DNA from: Candidatus Velthaea sp.
GTDB taxonomy: Bacteria; Vulcanimicrobiota; Vulcanimicrobiia; Vulcanimicrobiales; Vulcanimicrobiaceae
NCBI GenBank assembly: GCA_965214935.1
Contig: CBDCCS010000002.1
Span: 1-64,000 of the forward strand
DNA: 64,000 nt
Direction of reading: 5' to 3'
Numbering within the stretch: the first letter of the stretch is position 1; every line of letters begins with the position of its first letter. This document shows, piece by piece, positions 31,464 to 41,776 of this stretch. The position numbers and the translations under genes were made by a program. The notes beneath the pieces are model-generated. The model saw only the letters and a program-made list of their open reading frames with translations, was not told the origin of the DNA and made no database searches.

Positions 31464-32798
31464 CTACGATGCACGCCGTTTCAAGCGAGTCCAGACGAAA
31501 ATGAGATCGTGATGGGTGATAAGCAAGTTCGGCATTTTCGATTTGAGCACGATCGGAAAACACGCCAACGTCGCGCCTAGCCCACACAGGCTAGAAAGTA
31601 CCAATGCCGTGGCCGCACCGCTCAAACCGAAGCGCGGTATGAGCACGAGCATAAACGGCACCGTAAGACCCAAGCTAATCAATTGCAAAGCCGCAATGAG
31701 CCCGGGCCGGCCGCTTGCCATAAAAGACATGGAACAGATCGAGGTCGTGCTCGCTATGACCATTTGGACGCTCAAGATTCGGGCGACCGGTACGACTGCG
31801 CCAAAGGCTCCGCCGTATAAGTGTAGCATCAAAAACGGCAAGAGCACGATCAACCCGATCGCGGCAGTCAACGCCGCGAGCGTGCTAATGCGAGCGGCGC
31901 GGCCGGTAAGCAACAACATTTCTGCCGGATCGAGCGACGATGCTTTGGGAAATAACACCGTATTAAGTGTCGATGGAAAGATAAAGAGAATTCGCGAAAC
32001 ACTCAAAGCTACGGTGTACAAACCAAGACCGCTTGCGCTTAACAAACCGACAACGAGCACTTGATCGATCTGCTGCGAGAGCGTGCCGAGAATGTCGATG
32101 AGGTATGAGCGCGAGCCGTAGCTTAGCAACTTTTTTGCCGATTCGCGAAAATGTTCGAGCCGAAGACTGAGCATTCTTCGCTGGTACCAGCACAAAATGA
32201 ACGGCACGGGAACCCACGGAGCAAGATACGCAACCGTCGACGTGTAGGGCGTAATATGCTTTGTCGTCACCAAACACACCAGCGCGATAACGCTCGCTAA
32301 TTGCGGCAGTGACTTGCTCAAATTCGAGGCGGTAAAATCACCGCGTGATTCGAGCGCTGCTTGTAAGACGAACGTCGTCATATTGAAGGGAACTTGCAAC
32401 ATCATCCATTGAGCGAAGATGACGATCGGCGGTCCGTAACGGGTCAACCAGTGGGGGATAAAGATAATGCCGATCAGCGTTGCAACGAGCCCGAGTACGA
32501 CGGACAGAGCCAGCGCGGCAGATAATAAGCGACCCTGTTCTTCGGGATGTCGTCGCGAATTGTAATTGAGCGCAAGTGGTACGCCTAAGGTCAGTAAGCT
32601 GCATAACAAACCCGGCCACATTGCCATTGCCGCTTGCTCGCCGCGTCCCGCCGGCGCAAGTGCGCGCGCAACGATGACACCTGTCGCCACGTTTGAGGCC
32701 AGCAAGAATATGCGTGACAGAAATGTCTGCGCTACCGCTCCCGAGACCGATGCAACCGATTTGCGTTTGGCAGGCGCAGCACCGATCGGCGCCTCCAC
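31464..32798 (-). CDS. Wzx-type oligosaccharide flippase
   Basis: Many transmembrane segments; ARAL.P.GRG, QIDQVLV..LL....LGLY.VA, LIPRFG..GAA. Confidence 0.88.
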   Translation of the reverse strand: MEAPIGAAPAKRKSVASVSGAVAQTFLSRIFLLASNVATGVIVARALAPAGRGEQAAMAMWPGLLCSLLTLGVPLALNYNSRRHPEEQGRLLSAALALSVVLGLVATLIGIIFIPHWLTRYGPPIVIFAQWMMLQVPFNMTTFVLQAALESRGDFTASNLSKSLPQLASVIALVCLVTTKHITPYTSTVAYLAPWVPVPFILCWYQRRMLSLRLEHFRESAKKLLSYGSRSYLIDILGTLSQQIDQVLVVGLLSASGLGLYTVALSVSRILFIFPSTLNTVLFPKASSLDPAEMLLLTGRAARISTLAALTAAIGLIVLLPFLMLHLYGGAFGAVVPVARILSVQMVIASTTSICSMSFMASGRPGLIAALQLISLGLTVPFMLVLIPRFGLSGAATALVLSSLCGLGATLACFPIVLKSKMPNLLITHHDLIFVWTRLKRRAS

Positions 32799-32939
32799 GT
32801 AAGTCGGTTCAGAAATCTTGCACCATCATCTTTACGACCACCTAGGTTGAACGTTCGTTGCTTGGACTTCGTTTGAACCAATACGTAAGCAAGTCGTCTA
32901 TTCTTACAACACGCTGCCAAGTCGGCGAGTGAGGCACTT

Positions 32940-34283
32940 ATTCTCAACGTAGCTACAAAAGCCGGTTACCGGACGGCGTGGGGGCTTGCCCTGTGCGTAG
33001 GAGCGTTCGGCTCTGTGGCGCTGCCGGCCGCTGCAAATAATCGCACCTCGTCCGTCGTGCAGGTTGCGCAGATGCAAGATGGATCGCCGGCCGGTGAAGC
33101 CGCGTCCGATTCCGATGCGTTTGTCGATTCAATCGGCTTTAATGCAAAATTCGAGATTCCAAAGTCGCTGTATGCAACGCATTTTTCAACGGTAAAGTCA
33201 CTCCTTGCGGGAGCCGGTATCCGGCACATTCGCGTAGGATTTCAGTTCAACAACCCAACCTACGATCGCATGATGCGGGACTTGGCCGCAGCCGGCGTGC
33301 ACGGCAGTTACGTCACGCAGCTGCACTACACGCAAAGCCAACTGACTGACTTCCCAAGTGCCGTTGCTCCGTCGCTCGAATCTTACGAGGGACCAAACGA
33401 GCCCAATCAACAGGGGAATGCTGATTGGTCCACGCAGACGCGCACGTTCCAGCAAAACCTCTATGCGTGGGTTAAAGGCGATCCGCGGACAAAGCAATTT
33501 GCCGTTATCGGACCGTCGGTGACAAATCACTTTGAGGATATCGGCGACATGAGTCCTTACATGGACTATGGTAACATCCATAATTATCTTGATGTGTTCA
33601 ATCCCGGCACCATCGGGTGGGGTTCGCGCCATCCTGAAGGTGTCTACGGAAGCATCGACTTCAACGTTAATGAAGGCAAGAAAATTAGCGTTACCAAGCC
33701 GGTCATGTCGACGGAGACCGGATACGGTGCCATACCGCAAGGCTCGAAGACGATGCTCGACTACCGTGCGCAATTGCGTTACATGTCGCGGCTGTTCTTT
33801 CAACAGCATAATCACGGCGTCGTGCGAACGTACGCTTATCAGTTTCTCGATAACGCCGGACTCGGCTTATTCGACCGGTTCGGCCTCGTGCAATACGATC
33901 TGACACCCAAACCGGCGTACGCAGCGATTAAGTCGATTGTTGCCGTGCTGAGCGACCCCGGACCGCGCTTCGCGGCGACGCCACTTGTTTACCAACTCGC
34001 GGGCGATACGAGCAACGTCGCTCATACGTTGTTGCAGAAGCGGAATGGTGATTACGTGCTGGCCGTATGGATCGAAAAACCAAGTTGGAACCCGCACGGC
34101 GGCGGCGACATCGTCGTTCCCGAACAAACCGTATCGTTGACCGCGCAAGCGCACTTTTCGCGTGCGACGCTCTACAGCATGGATGAGAGTGGACGTTTCT
34201 CGACGAGCACCGAGCAATTATCCAATAACACGACGTCGTTTCGTGTCAGTGACAAGATATCGCTACTGACGTTGTCTCGCTAG
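32940..34283 (+). CDS. Third GH-A paralog, secreted, without LamG domain (start probably ATT 32940; GTG 33015 is the alternative)
   Basis: DAFVDSIG, GIRHIRVG, GPNE, NIHNY, TETGY, PKPAY. The frame is open upstream of 33015 and encodes a signal-peptide-like segment. Confidence 0.75.
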   Translation: MLNVATKAGYRTAWGLALCVGAFGSVALPAAANNRTSSVVQVAQMQDGSPAGEAASDSDAFVDSIGFNAKFEIPKSLYATHFSTVKSLLAGAGIRHIRVGFQFNNPTYDRMMRDLAAAGVHGSYVTQLHYTQSQLTDFPSAVAPSLESYEGPNEPNQQGNADWSTQTRTFQQNLYAWVKGDPRTKQFAVIGPSVTNHFEDIGDMSPYMDYGNIHNYLDVFNPGTIGWGSRHPEGVYGSIDFNVNEGKKISVTKPVMSTETGYGAIPQGSKTMLDYRAQLRYMSRLFFQQHNHGVVRTYAYQFLDNAGLGLFDRFGLVQYDLTPKPAYAAIKSIVAVLSDPGPRFAATPLVYQLAGDTSNVAHTLLQKRNGDYVLAVWIEKPSWNPHGGGDIVVPEQTVSLTAQAHFSRATLYSMDESGRFSTSTEQLSNNTTSFRVSDKISLLTLSR

Positions 34284-35390
34284 ATCGCGCACGGTCGGCT
34301 GCACCGGGCGTCCGGCCATAAGCGCGGCAATCGCGGCGGCCGTGCGCTTCCAGGTAAATTCATCGAGCGCACGTTGCCGCCCGCGTGCGCCCATCCTGGC
34401 CGCGCGTTGCGGATCGTCGAAGAGCGATACGATCGCCGCGGCGATTTCGCCGCTTGCATCACCGTCGACGAGAAGCCCGGTCTCGCCGGCTGCGATGGCG
34501 TCTTCGGCGCCGGAATTTCGGCCACCGATTGCCGGCAGATCGGCGAGCGCAGCCTCGAGGTACACAAGTCCGAAGCCTTCCACGTCGTTGCCGATCTTGC
34601 GTGCCGGAAGAGCGAAGCACCAAGCACGGGCGTAGGCTGCATGCATGTCGGCATCGCTGACGCTGCCGAGAAAATGTACGTGCGCCCGGACCCCGAGCCG
34701 ATCCGCCAGAACGTGTAGCTCTTCGCTCTGAGGACCGGCGCCGACGATCTCGTAGCGGGCGGTCGGATAGTGCGCCAGGATCTCCGGAAGTGCAGCGATG
34801 ATCCGGTCGAAGCCCTTGCGCGCGATCAGCCGGCCGACCGAAACGATGGTCGGTTCGGCAGCTCGCGCCGGGTCGATGGCCTGCGCGTCGATACCGGGGT
34901 GTACGACCGCGATGTCACCCTTTACGCCGGCGGAAAGGAGCAAGTCGCGCGTAAACGAGCTGTTCGCGATGATGACATCCGCCCGTGCAAACACGTAGCG
35001 CATCAAGAGCCGCCGCACGCCGCCTTTTTCGGGCGCAATCTCCGTACCGTGCGCGATGACTCCCAACCGGCCGCGCATAAACTTCGGCACGATGCATGCC
35101 GCTAAGCCGCCGGGAAACCACATCGACGCGATCGTTACCGGATCTTTCGTCGTCAGACGCGCCATGAACAGCGCGGCGGTCATCGCAAAGAAACTTATTG
35201 CACGGCCACGTTGCGCGTAACGTACGACGCGATACTTTTGCGCTGCATCGAATTGGGCGCTACCGGTAATCTGCGGAGCGACGACGACAACCGGCTCTCC
35301 TGCGACGCACAACTCTTGCGCCAACCGTGAAAGAAAGCGCTGAATACCACCGTGATTCGGAGGAAAATCATTTGTTACCAGAACCGCCAT
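34263..35390 (-). CDS. GT4 glycosyltransferase (PimB'-like)
   Basis: VTNDFPP..GGIQ, HGTE, VGRL..RKG, EGFGLVYLEA. Confidence 0.92.
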   Translation of the reverse strand: MAVLVTNDFPPNHGGIQRFLSRLAQELCVAGEPVVVVAPQITGSAQFDAAQKYRVVRYAQRGRAISFFAMTAALFMARLTTKDPVTIASMWFPGGLAACIVPKFMRGRLGVIAHGTEIAPEKGGVRRLLMRYVFARADVIIANSSFTRDLLLSAGVKGDIAVVHPGIDAQAIDPARAAEPTIVSVGRLIARKGFDRIIAALPEILAHYPTARYEIVGAGPQSEELHVLADRLGVRAHVHFLGSVSDADMHAAYARAWCFALPARKIGNDVEGFGLVYLEAALADLPAIGGRNSGAEDAIAAGETGLLVDGDASGEIAAAIVSLFDDPQRAARMGARGRQRALDEFTWKRTAAAIAALMAGRPVQPTVRDLARQRQ

Positions 35391-35530
35391 TGTCGTAGCT
35401 TCGGCGCAAATAGAGGCAGTCATGCCGCAACAAATACGACAGCAGCAGCGCGTTCGCTCGGCGTACGATGTTGCGGGTCCGCGTACGGTCAATAAATGAC
35501 GCGTCCGCCGCAAGCGGGAAGGAAACATCC

Positions 35531-36502
35531 GTGCGAATTTCCGTCCTAATACCGACGTATCAACGACCCGACGATCTCCGCCGCTGCCTCGCTGCACTAA
35601 CATTGCAAACGCGCATGCCCGACGAAGTAATCGTCGTCGTGCGCGATACCGATTCAATAACTCGGGATATGTTAAATGCTACGGATTTGTCGGCGCTCGC
35701 ACTGCGCATCGTCGGTGTCGACATTGCAGGCGGAGTTCAAGCGCTCAATGCGGGTCTCGTGCATGTGAACGGCGATATCGTTGCCATCACCGATGATGAC
35801 GCCGCGCCGCATCCGGATTGGATCGAGCGAATACTCGCCGCTTTTGCAGCGCGCGTTGATGTCGGCGGGGTCGGCGGCCGGGATCGTATGCACGTGCAAA
35901 ATGTCTTACAGGAAGGTAGCGAGCGGCAAGTCGGCAAGGTCCCCCTTGTCGGAAAACATATCGGCAACCATCACCTCGGCTTCGGGTCGGCACGGCAAGT
36001 CGATGTCCTCAAAGGCGTAAACAGCGCGTACCGCCTGCAAGCGATAAAGCCCATCGGTTTCGACGAACGTTTACGCGGCTCGGGTGCACAGGTGCATTGG
36101 GAAATAAGCTTGTGCCTTGCAGTGAAGCGCGCGGGCTGGAAGCTCATTTACGATCCGCAAATCGTCGTCGATCATTACCTCGCCAAACGCCACGACGAAG
36201 ACCAGCGTATCGGTTTTAATGCGCTGGCAATGCGAAATGCTGCTTATAATGAAGCACTCATCCGAATGGAATATCTTTCGACGCTGGGCAAAGCGGCGTT
36301 TATGCTGTGGGCAGTTATCATCGGAACCCGGGTTGCGCCCGGAATCGTTCAATGGTTACGCTTCGTTCCGCACGACGCTGCGCTGGCAACCGATAAATTA
36401 AAAGCCACGCTTAGCGGGCGCATCGACGCGTGGAACGACGTTTCTCGGTCCGCACCGGACCGCAAACAACATCGGGCGAGCGTTACGAACTCCGGCCGAT
36501 AA
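35531..36502 (+). CDS. GT2 glycosyltransferase
   Basis: ISVLIPTYQRP, ITDDD, GGVGG, GVNSAYR, FDE.L. Confidence 0.9.
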   Translation: MRISVLIPTYQRPDDLRRCLAALTLQTRMPDEVIVVVRDTDSITRDMLNATDLSALALRIVGVDIAGGVQALNAGLVHVNGDIVAITDDDAAPHPDWIERILAAFAARVDVGGVGGRDRMHVQNVLQEGSERQVGKVPLVGKHIGNHHLGFGSARQVDVLKGVNSAYRLQAIKPIGFDERLRGSGAQVHWEISLCLAVKRAGWKLIYDPQIVVDHYLAKRHDEDQRIGFNALAMRNAAYNEALIRMEYLSTLGKAAFMLWAVIIGTRVAPGIVQWLRFVPHDAALATDKLKATLSGRIDAWNDVSRSAPDRKQHRASVTNSGR

Positions 36503-37397
36503 CGAGCGCGTCGAGTTCCGCATCGCTAAAGAGACGCGAAGCTTGCGCGTGCCGGACATTGTCACGAATATGCGCCGGACTCGTCGAAGAGAATAACGTA
36601 ACTCCGTCCAAATTTGAGCGCAGTGCGAATTCCAGCATCGCGCGTCGGACGGCATCGGCCGGTAACGGCACACCGGTACGAAGCGGAAAGCGTGCGGCGA
36701 TCGCTTCGACGTTACCGGAAAAAATCGAATGACCGATAAACGGCGTGGCTCGAATGGCTGCAGCGACCGGACGCGCGAGCGAGTTGGCGACTTGCACCAC
36801 GGGTGCAAAGCGCGGGTTGCTTAGAAGTACTTCGTGCGTTGCTTCGGGCTGCGTACCGATGCCGAACGCGCGTATCTTACCGGCCTTCACGAACGATTGA
36901 AGTGCCTCGAATAGCTCGTCGGTCAAGTCGGGCGGGAGGCATTCATGGAGCAGAAAGAGGTCGATATAATCGGTATCGAGTTCGCGTAAGCTCGTTTCCA
37001 AACTTGCACGAATCGCTGCGACGTCGAATTGACCGCGGGCGACGGCGCGTTCAGCCGCTCGCCGGACGGTTTGCCGCAACGACGGTGCGAGCGCAACGAT
37101 TCCCTTGGCGACAACACGCAGGGCTGAGAGCGCCGTCGACCGCGCAGGTGGTTGGATTCCGGCTTTCGTCGTCAACGTTACCAGCCGCCGTTTATCGCGA
37201 ATGAACCGGCCGACAACGCGTTCGGCATCCCCATAACCGTAAGCTCGCGCCGTGTCGAAGTGCGCGATGCCGGCCTCGAATGCGGCATCGAGTGCTCGAC
37301 GTGATGCACCGGCGGAGATGCGTCCCATCAACACCGAGGTGCCGAAGCCGAGCCGCGACGTGCGGATCGTGCCTCCGGCCAGTGACGCTGCATGCAT
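36483..37397 (-). CDS. Aldo/keto reductase
   Basis: SRLGFG, FDTARAYG...E, TTK, SLRELDTDYIDLFLLH, GKIRAFG. Confidence 0.9.
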   Translation of the reverse strand: MHAASLAGGTIRTSRLGFGTSVLMGRISAGASRRALDAAFEAGIAHFDTARAYGYGDAERVVGRFIRDKRRLVTLTTKAGIQPPARSTALSALRVVAKGIVALAPSLRQTVRRAAERAVARGQFDVAAIRASLETSLRELDTDYIDLFLLHECLPPDLTDELFEALQSFVKAGKIRAFGIGTQPEATHEVLLSNPRFAPVVQVANSLARPVAAAIRATPFIGHSIFSGNVEAIAARFPLRTGVPLPADAVRRAMLEFALRSNLDGVTLFSSTSPAHIRDNVRHAQASRLFSDAELDALVIGRSS

Positions 37398-38599
37398 CAG
37401 CTTAACGCCGTATGCGTTCGGATTGCCGCATCGTAGACGGCTTCAAGCCTATCGATGACGGCCGGCCAGCTATAGCGCTGCATCGCCGAACGGTTGTACG
37501 CGCCCATTGCGCGGGCACGCTGCGGATCGGACAACAGCGTGCGCAATGCACCGGCCAGCGCATCGATATCGCCGGGTTCGACCAGCAGTCCGCCGGGCTC
37601 GTCAACCAGATCGACGGGACCGCCGGCACGCGTCGCAATGACCGGCCGCCCGGTCGCCATCGCTTCGATCAGGCTCATACCGTACGGCTCGCTATACGAC
37701 GCCAACACGTACAGCGTGCTCGCGGCCAGCGTAGCGGGTATGTCCTTGCGCGGGACGGTGCCCAGGAACGTAATGCGTTCGTGATACGGACTCGAGCCTG
37801 CAAGCTGCCGAAACCGATCGCCTTCGACGCCGTCGCCGCCGATTGTTAAACGCACGTCCGGAAACTCCGCAGCGATCAGGTCGAAAGCGGCCAGGAGCAC
37901 CAAGATGCCTTTTCGCTCCGAAAGTGCCGCAAGATAAAGTATGACCGGATCGCCTGAGGGCGGAACGCTGTGCGCAAACAACTCAAGATCGATGCCGTAC
38001 GGAACCGTAAAAATCTGGTCGCTTTGGATCCGCGGGCTCACGATCCGGCTGCGTGCCGCCGGGCCGGCGACAACGATCGCGTCGGCAAACCGCTGTTGAA
38101 ACCGCGAGATGAAATCGAGTAGCGCCGTTCGTAATTTTGCCGAGCGCGAGCTCGGCCAGTGCGCAACATACGGCCCTAACACAAGCGGAATATTGCAGCC
38201 GACGAGGCCGAGCGATAACCCGGCATATACCGGATTGAGCTGGTGCGCGATGTCGAAGCGCCGTCCGCGATCGAGGCGCTTGAACAGTCGGCGCATCTTC
38301 CAAGCATACTCTACCCGGCGCATAAGGTTGAAGCGCTGCAGCCGGAGTGCGAGCGGATAAAGCGTGATATTCGGTGGTAGTTCGCCGCGAATTTCAACAT
38401 GTTCGCACGCTACGGAAAGCGTATGGCCGCGCCGGGCAAGTTCGCAAATGAAGCGGTAAGTAAGTAATCCGTCTCCGTGCGCGCGGCTATCGGTTAAAAC
38501 ACCGGAAGGATGCACGATAAAAATGTTTCGTGATTGCCGCGCCTCTGCGGTAACGAGCGTTCGCGACAATTGCCGCGACATGCGCGCTGGAAATCTCAT
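37397..38599 (-). CDS. GT4 glycosyltransferase
   Basis: PYGID, RKG, EPYGMSLIEAMATGRPVIAT. Start codon uncertain. Confidence 0.9.
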   Translation of the reverse strand: MRFPARMSRQLSRTLVTAEARQSRNIFIVHPSGVLTDSRAHGDGLLTYRFICELARRGHTLSVACEHVEIRGELPPNITLYPLALRLQRFNLMRRVEYAWKMRRLFKRLDRGRRFDIAHQLNPVYAGLSLGLVGCNIPLVLGPYVAHWPSSRSAKLRTALLDFISRFQQRFADAIVVAGPAARSRIVSPRIQSDQIFTVPYGIDLELFAHSVPPSGDPVILYLAALSERKGILVLLAAFDLIAAEFPDVRLTIGGDGVEGDRFRQLAGSSPYHERITFLGTVPRKDIPATLAASTLYVLASYSEPYGMSLIEAMATGRPVIATRAGGPVDLVDEPGGLLVEPGDIDALAGALRTLLSDPQRARAMGAYNRSAMQRYSWPAVIDRLEAVYDAAIRTHTALS

Positions 38600-38737
38600 G
38601 CGGCATTCTCCGGATGTACTCTGCGTTATGCGAGGGTTTCGTGAGCCGGGTGCTAAGCCTTGACTCGTGTCGCGTCTACTCGTGTTCCGAATTTGCCTTC
38701 GGCTACCCTCGTTTAACGTATGTGTGCGGCCGCATCG

Positions 38738-39865
38738 ATGCGCGTAGCATTCGTCGATCAAGCCGGCGGTAAACCGGGCGGCGCGCAAGAAAGTCTTGCA
38801 CTCTTGCTCGACAATCTTCCGCCGGATATCGCGCCGATTGTCGTTCTGTTCGAAGATGGAGAGTTCGCGCAACGCCTACGTGACAAAGGGTTTACAACTC
38901 GCATCGTTGCGATGTCCGAAGGTTTACGTTCCGTCACGCGCGAGAAGCCGTCGTCACTTGCAGTCGTGTCGATACCCTCTACCGTCTACGAACTCGTGCA
39001 ACTGTTTCGAGCCGAACGCATCGACCTCGTTCATACCAATACGGTTAAGGCCCATCTATTCGCAGCGCCGGCAGCGCGATTGGCCGGTATCCCCAGCGTG
39101 ATGCATCTGCGCGATATGGTCGGCGGCATCGGCCGATCTGCTTTACGCGCGGTCGCCCGAACGTGCTCGCGGCAACGTATCGCGATCTCCGGCGCGCTTT
39201 CGCGCTGGTATGACATGCCCAAGACGATAACGATCGCGAACCCGGTGGATCTGACACGCTATGTCGACATGCTCGATCGTTCCGCCGCACGCCGTGAGTT
39301 GGGCATTCCGCTTGACGGCAAGCCGCTAATCGGAATTGTCGGCCGCATCAATCGCTGGAAAGGTCACGATCGTTTCTTGCGAATCGCGGCGGCAGTAAAC
39401 GCCCGGACGCCGATTCGCTGTGTCATCGTCGGTGAAGCGCGCTTTCGCGATACCGACTTTGTACCGGAACTGCATGCCCTAGCGGCCGAGTTGGGCATCG
39501 GCGCGTCGACGACGTTCGTACCTTGGTTGAACGATCCGCGGGTGGCGTATGCGGCGCTCGACGTCCATTGCAACTGTTCGGAACGCGAACCGTTTGGACG
39601 ATCGATCGTTGAAGCCGCCGCAGCGGGCGTACCGACCGTCGCCTTCGACGACGGCGGTGCCCCGGACATCATCCGCGATCGAATCGACGGCCGAATCGTC
39701 CCCGCGGGCGATAACGATGCGTTCAGCGCCGCCGTTCTCACGTTAGTGTCGGATGGGGTCTTACGAGCAAAATACGGCGCCGCGGCTCGTGACGGTAGCG
39801 CCCGCTTCGCCGCGCCGGCGCATGCGGCGCTCGTGGCCGACGTCCTGCGCGAAAGTGCCGCATGA
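38738..39865 (+). CDS. GT4 glycosyltransferase
   Basis: GGAQ.SL, VHTNT, VGRI..WKGH, EPFGRSIVEA. Confidence 0.92.
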   Translation: MRVAFVDQAGGKPGGAQESLALLLDNLPPDIAPIVVLFEDGEFAQRLRDKGFTTRIVAMSEGLRSVTREKPSSLAVVSIPSTVYELVQLFRAERIDLVHTNTVKAHLFAAPAARLAGIPSVMHLRDMVGGIGRSALRAVARTCSRQRIAISGALSRWYDMPKTITIANPVDLTRYVDMLDRSAARRELGIPLDGKPLIGIVGRINRWKGHDRFLRIAAAVNARTPIRCVIVGEARFRDTDFVPELHALAAELGIGASTTFVPWLNDPRVAYAALDVHCNCSEREPFGRSIVEAAAAGVPTVAFDDGGAPDIIRDRIDGRIVPAGDNDAFSAAVLTLVSDGVLRAKYGAAARDGSARFAAPAHAALVADVLRESAA

Positions 39866-40956
39866 GCGCACAACCGCGCGTGGCGATCGTCTCCGATCCG
39901 CTCGTTCAGCGCGGCGGCGCAGAAAAACTCGTTGCCGATGTGCTGGCACGCATCTTCCCGGACGCGCCGATCTTCGCACTGCTTTACTCGCCGCAAACCG
40001 GTCCCGCGCAGATCGCCGACCGTGTCGTAACGACGGCCTTGCAGCGTTTTCCCGGCGCTGCACGTCGCCATCGCTGGTTCTTGCCGTTCTATCCGGCTGC
40101 CGTTGAAAGCATCGATCTGCGCGGGTTCGATCTTATCATCTCATCGCATCACACCGCCGCGAAGGGCGTTCTGCGCAACAGCGGTCAGCGCCATATCTGT
40201 TACTGTCATACGCCGATGCGCGCGTTATGGGAGCGCACCCGGGAAGAGTTGAGCGAATTGCCGGCGCCGCTTCGCCCGCTCGCAGCCTACTCGCTTTCGC
40301 AACTGCGTGAATGGGATTATATCACCGCTGCTCGCGTCGACTTGTTCGTCGCCAACAGCGTGACAACGCAGAGTCGTATCTACCGGCATTACCGGCGCGA
40401 CAGCACCGTCATTTACCCGGCCATCGACTTCGATCGGTTCACGGCCCAGCGTTCCGCGCCGGCGGGCGACTATTATCTCGTGGCATCACGGCTCGTCCCC
40501 TATAAACGCGTCGATTTGGCCATTGCTGCGACAAAGCACCTCAAGCGCCGGCTTATCGTCGTCGGCACCGGTCCGGATAAAACCGGTATCGACGATGCGC
40601 ATGTAGAGTATCTCGGCCATGTTCCGGACGAGCGGCTCGTTGAACTAATGCGCGGCGCACGCGCGCTGCTATTTCCGGGATTCGAAGATTTTGGAATGAC
40701 GCCGGTAGAAATGATGGCCTGTGGCCGGCCGGTAATTGCCTTCGGCGCAGGCGGCGCTTTGGAAACAGTGATCGATGGTGTCACCGGAGTCTTTGCCGCC
40801 GAACAGACCGTCGCCTCATTCGTCGACGCCATTTTACGTTACGAGGACCTCGATCTGCGTTCGGACGACATCCGCGAACATGCGAAGACGTTTTCATTCG
40901 CACGCTTCGAGACATCGATGCTCGACGCCGTGCGCACCGTTATGAACGACAGGTGA
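39862..40956 (+). CDS. GT4 glycosyltransferase (WbaZ-like mannosyltransferase)
   Basis: GGAEK, CYCHTPMR..W, SRLVPYKRVDLAI, EDFGMTPVE.MACG.PVIA. Confidence 0.92.
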   Translation: MSAQPRVAIVSDPLVQRGGAEKLVADVLARIFPDAPIFALLYSPQTGPAQIADRVVTTALQRFPGAARRHRWFLPFYPAAVESIDLRGFDLIISSHHTAAKGVLRNSGQRHICYCHTPMRALWERTREELSELPAPLRPLAAYSLSQLREWDYITAARVDLFVANSVTTQSRIYRHYRRDSTVIYPAIDFDRFTAQRSAPAGDYYLVASRLVPYKRVDLAIAATKHLKRRLIVVGTGPDKTGIDDAHVEYLGHVPDERLVELMRGARALLFPGFEDFGMTPVEMMACGRPVIAFGAGGALETVIDGVTGVFAAEQTVASFVDAILRYEDLDLRSDDIREHAKTFSFARFETSMLDAVRTVMNDR

Positions 40957-40959
40957 AGC

Positions 40960-41535
40960 TTACTGCTCCCAAGTCTTGACCATTTTTACCGGGCGCGACG
41001 GCAACGGCAACACGACGGATCCGGCGGGTACGTCGCGATTGACGATCGCGCCGGCGCCGATGACGGCGCCCTTACCAATGCGTATGCCGCCGCGATCGTT
41101 ACCAATGATGATCGCATGTGTGCCGATGACAACATCGTCTTCGATGACGATGCGGGAATCGGAACCCGGAACCGCCTCCGCCGCCATGGTGACATGATGA
41201 AAGATTTTAACGTGCCGGCCGATCGTGACATTCGGATGAACCACGCAGCCGAGTCCCATATGGACCAGATAGATATCCGGCTCGACTTCACATTGCACGC
41301 AAAGAATCGATTTAAATAGCACGAAACCAGCTGCTTTGATGAGCCAAGCCAGCGGATACAATTTCGCTTGATAGGCCTTCGTGCTGAAATACCACAATCG
41401 CCCGGCTGATAAATTGTAACGCAGATCGCGCAGCAGGTTGCGTTTTTTTGCTTCGGATGATTGGCCGGCGGCCATGTCGGGAGCGAGGCTGGGAAGAAGT
41501 TGATCGGCCGGAGCGGCAGATTCGCCGTGATGCAT
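40960..41535 (-). CDS. Hexapeptide-repeat acyltransferase (serine acetyltransferase/WcaB-like)
   Basis: H.GLG.VVH..V.IG..V.I.H.VT, IEDDVVIG..A.I.G, IG.GAVIGAGAIV..DVP. Confidence 0.85.
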   Translation of the reverse strand: MHHGESAAPADQLLPSLAPDMAAGQSSEAKKRNLLRDLRYNLSAGRLWYFSTKAYQAKLYPLAWLIKAAGFVLFKSILCVQCEVEPDIYLVHMGLGCVVHPNVTIGRHVKIFHHVTMAAEAVPGSDSRIVIEDDVVIGTHAIIIGNDRGGIRIGKGAVIGAGAIVNRDVPAGSVVLPLPSRPVKMVKTWEQ

Positions 41536-41539
41536 CTGC

Positions 41540-41776
41540 TTACGAAACGCCTTTGCTGACGAGAAGCCGGCGGATTGCTGCATAGCTGTCGATCGTCATC
41601 AGTTCGCGATCGTCGAACACAACGTCAAACGCTTGCTCGAGACTAAATGATAAAGTGATCGAACGCATCGAGTCCCACGCTGCGCAATTCTCGATCGACA
41701 TGGTCTCGGCAATCTCGCTCGGGTCGAGCTCGAACGTATCGGCGAACACGTCCTTGAGCTTGGTATCGATGCTCAT
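41540..41776 (-). CDS. Acyl carrier protein
   Basis: 78 aa, acidic; WDS phosphopantetheine serine motif followed by ...LEQAFDV.F...E. Confidence 0.88.
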   Translation of the reverse strand: MSIDTKLKDVFADTFELDPSEIAETMSIENCAAWDSMRSITLSFSLEQAFDVVFDDRELMTIDSYAAIRRLLVSKGVS

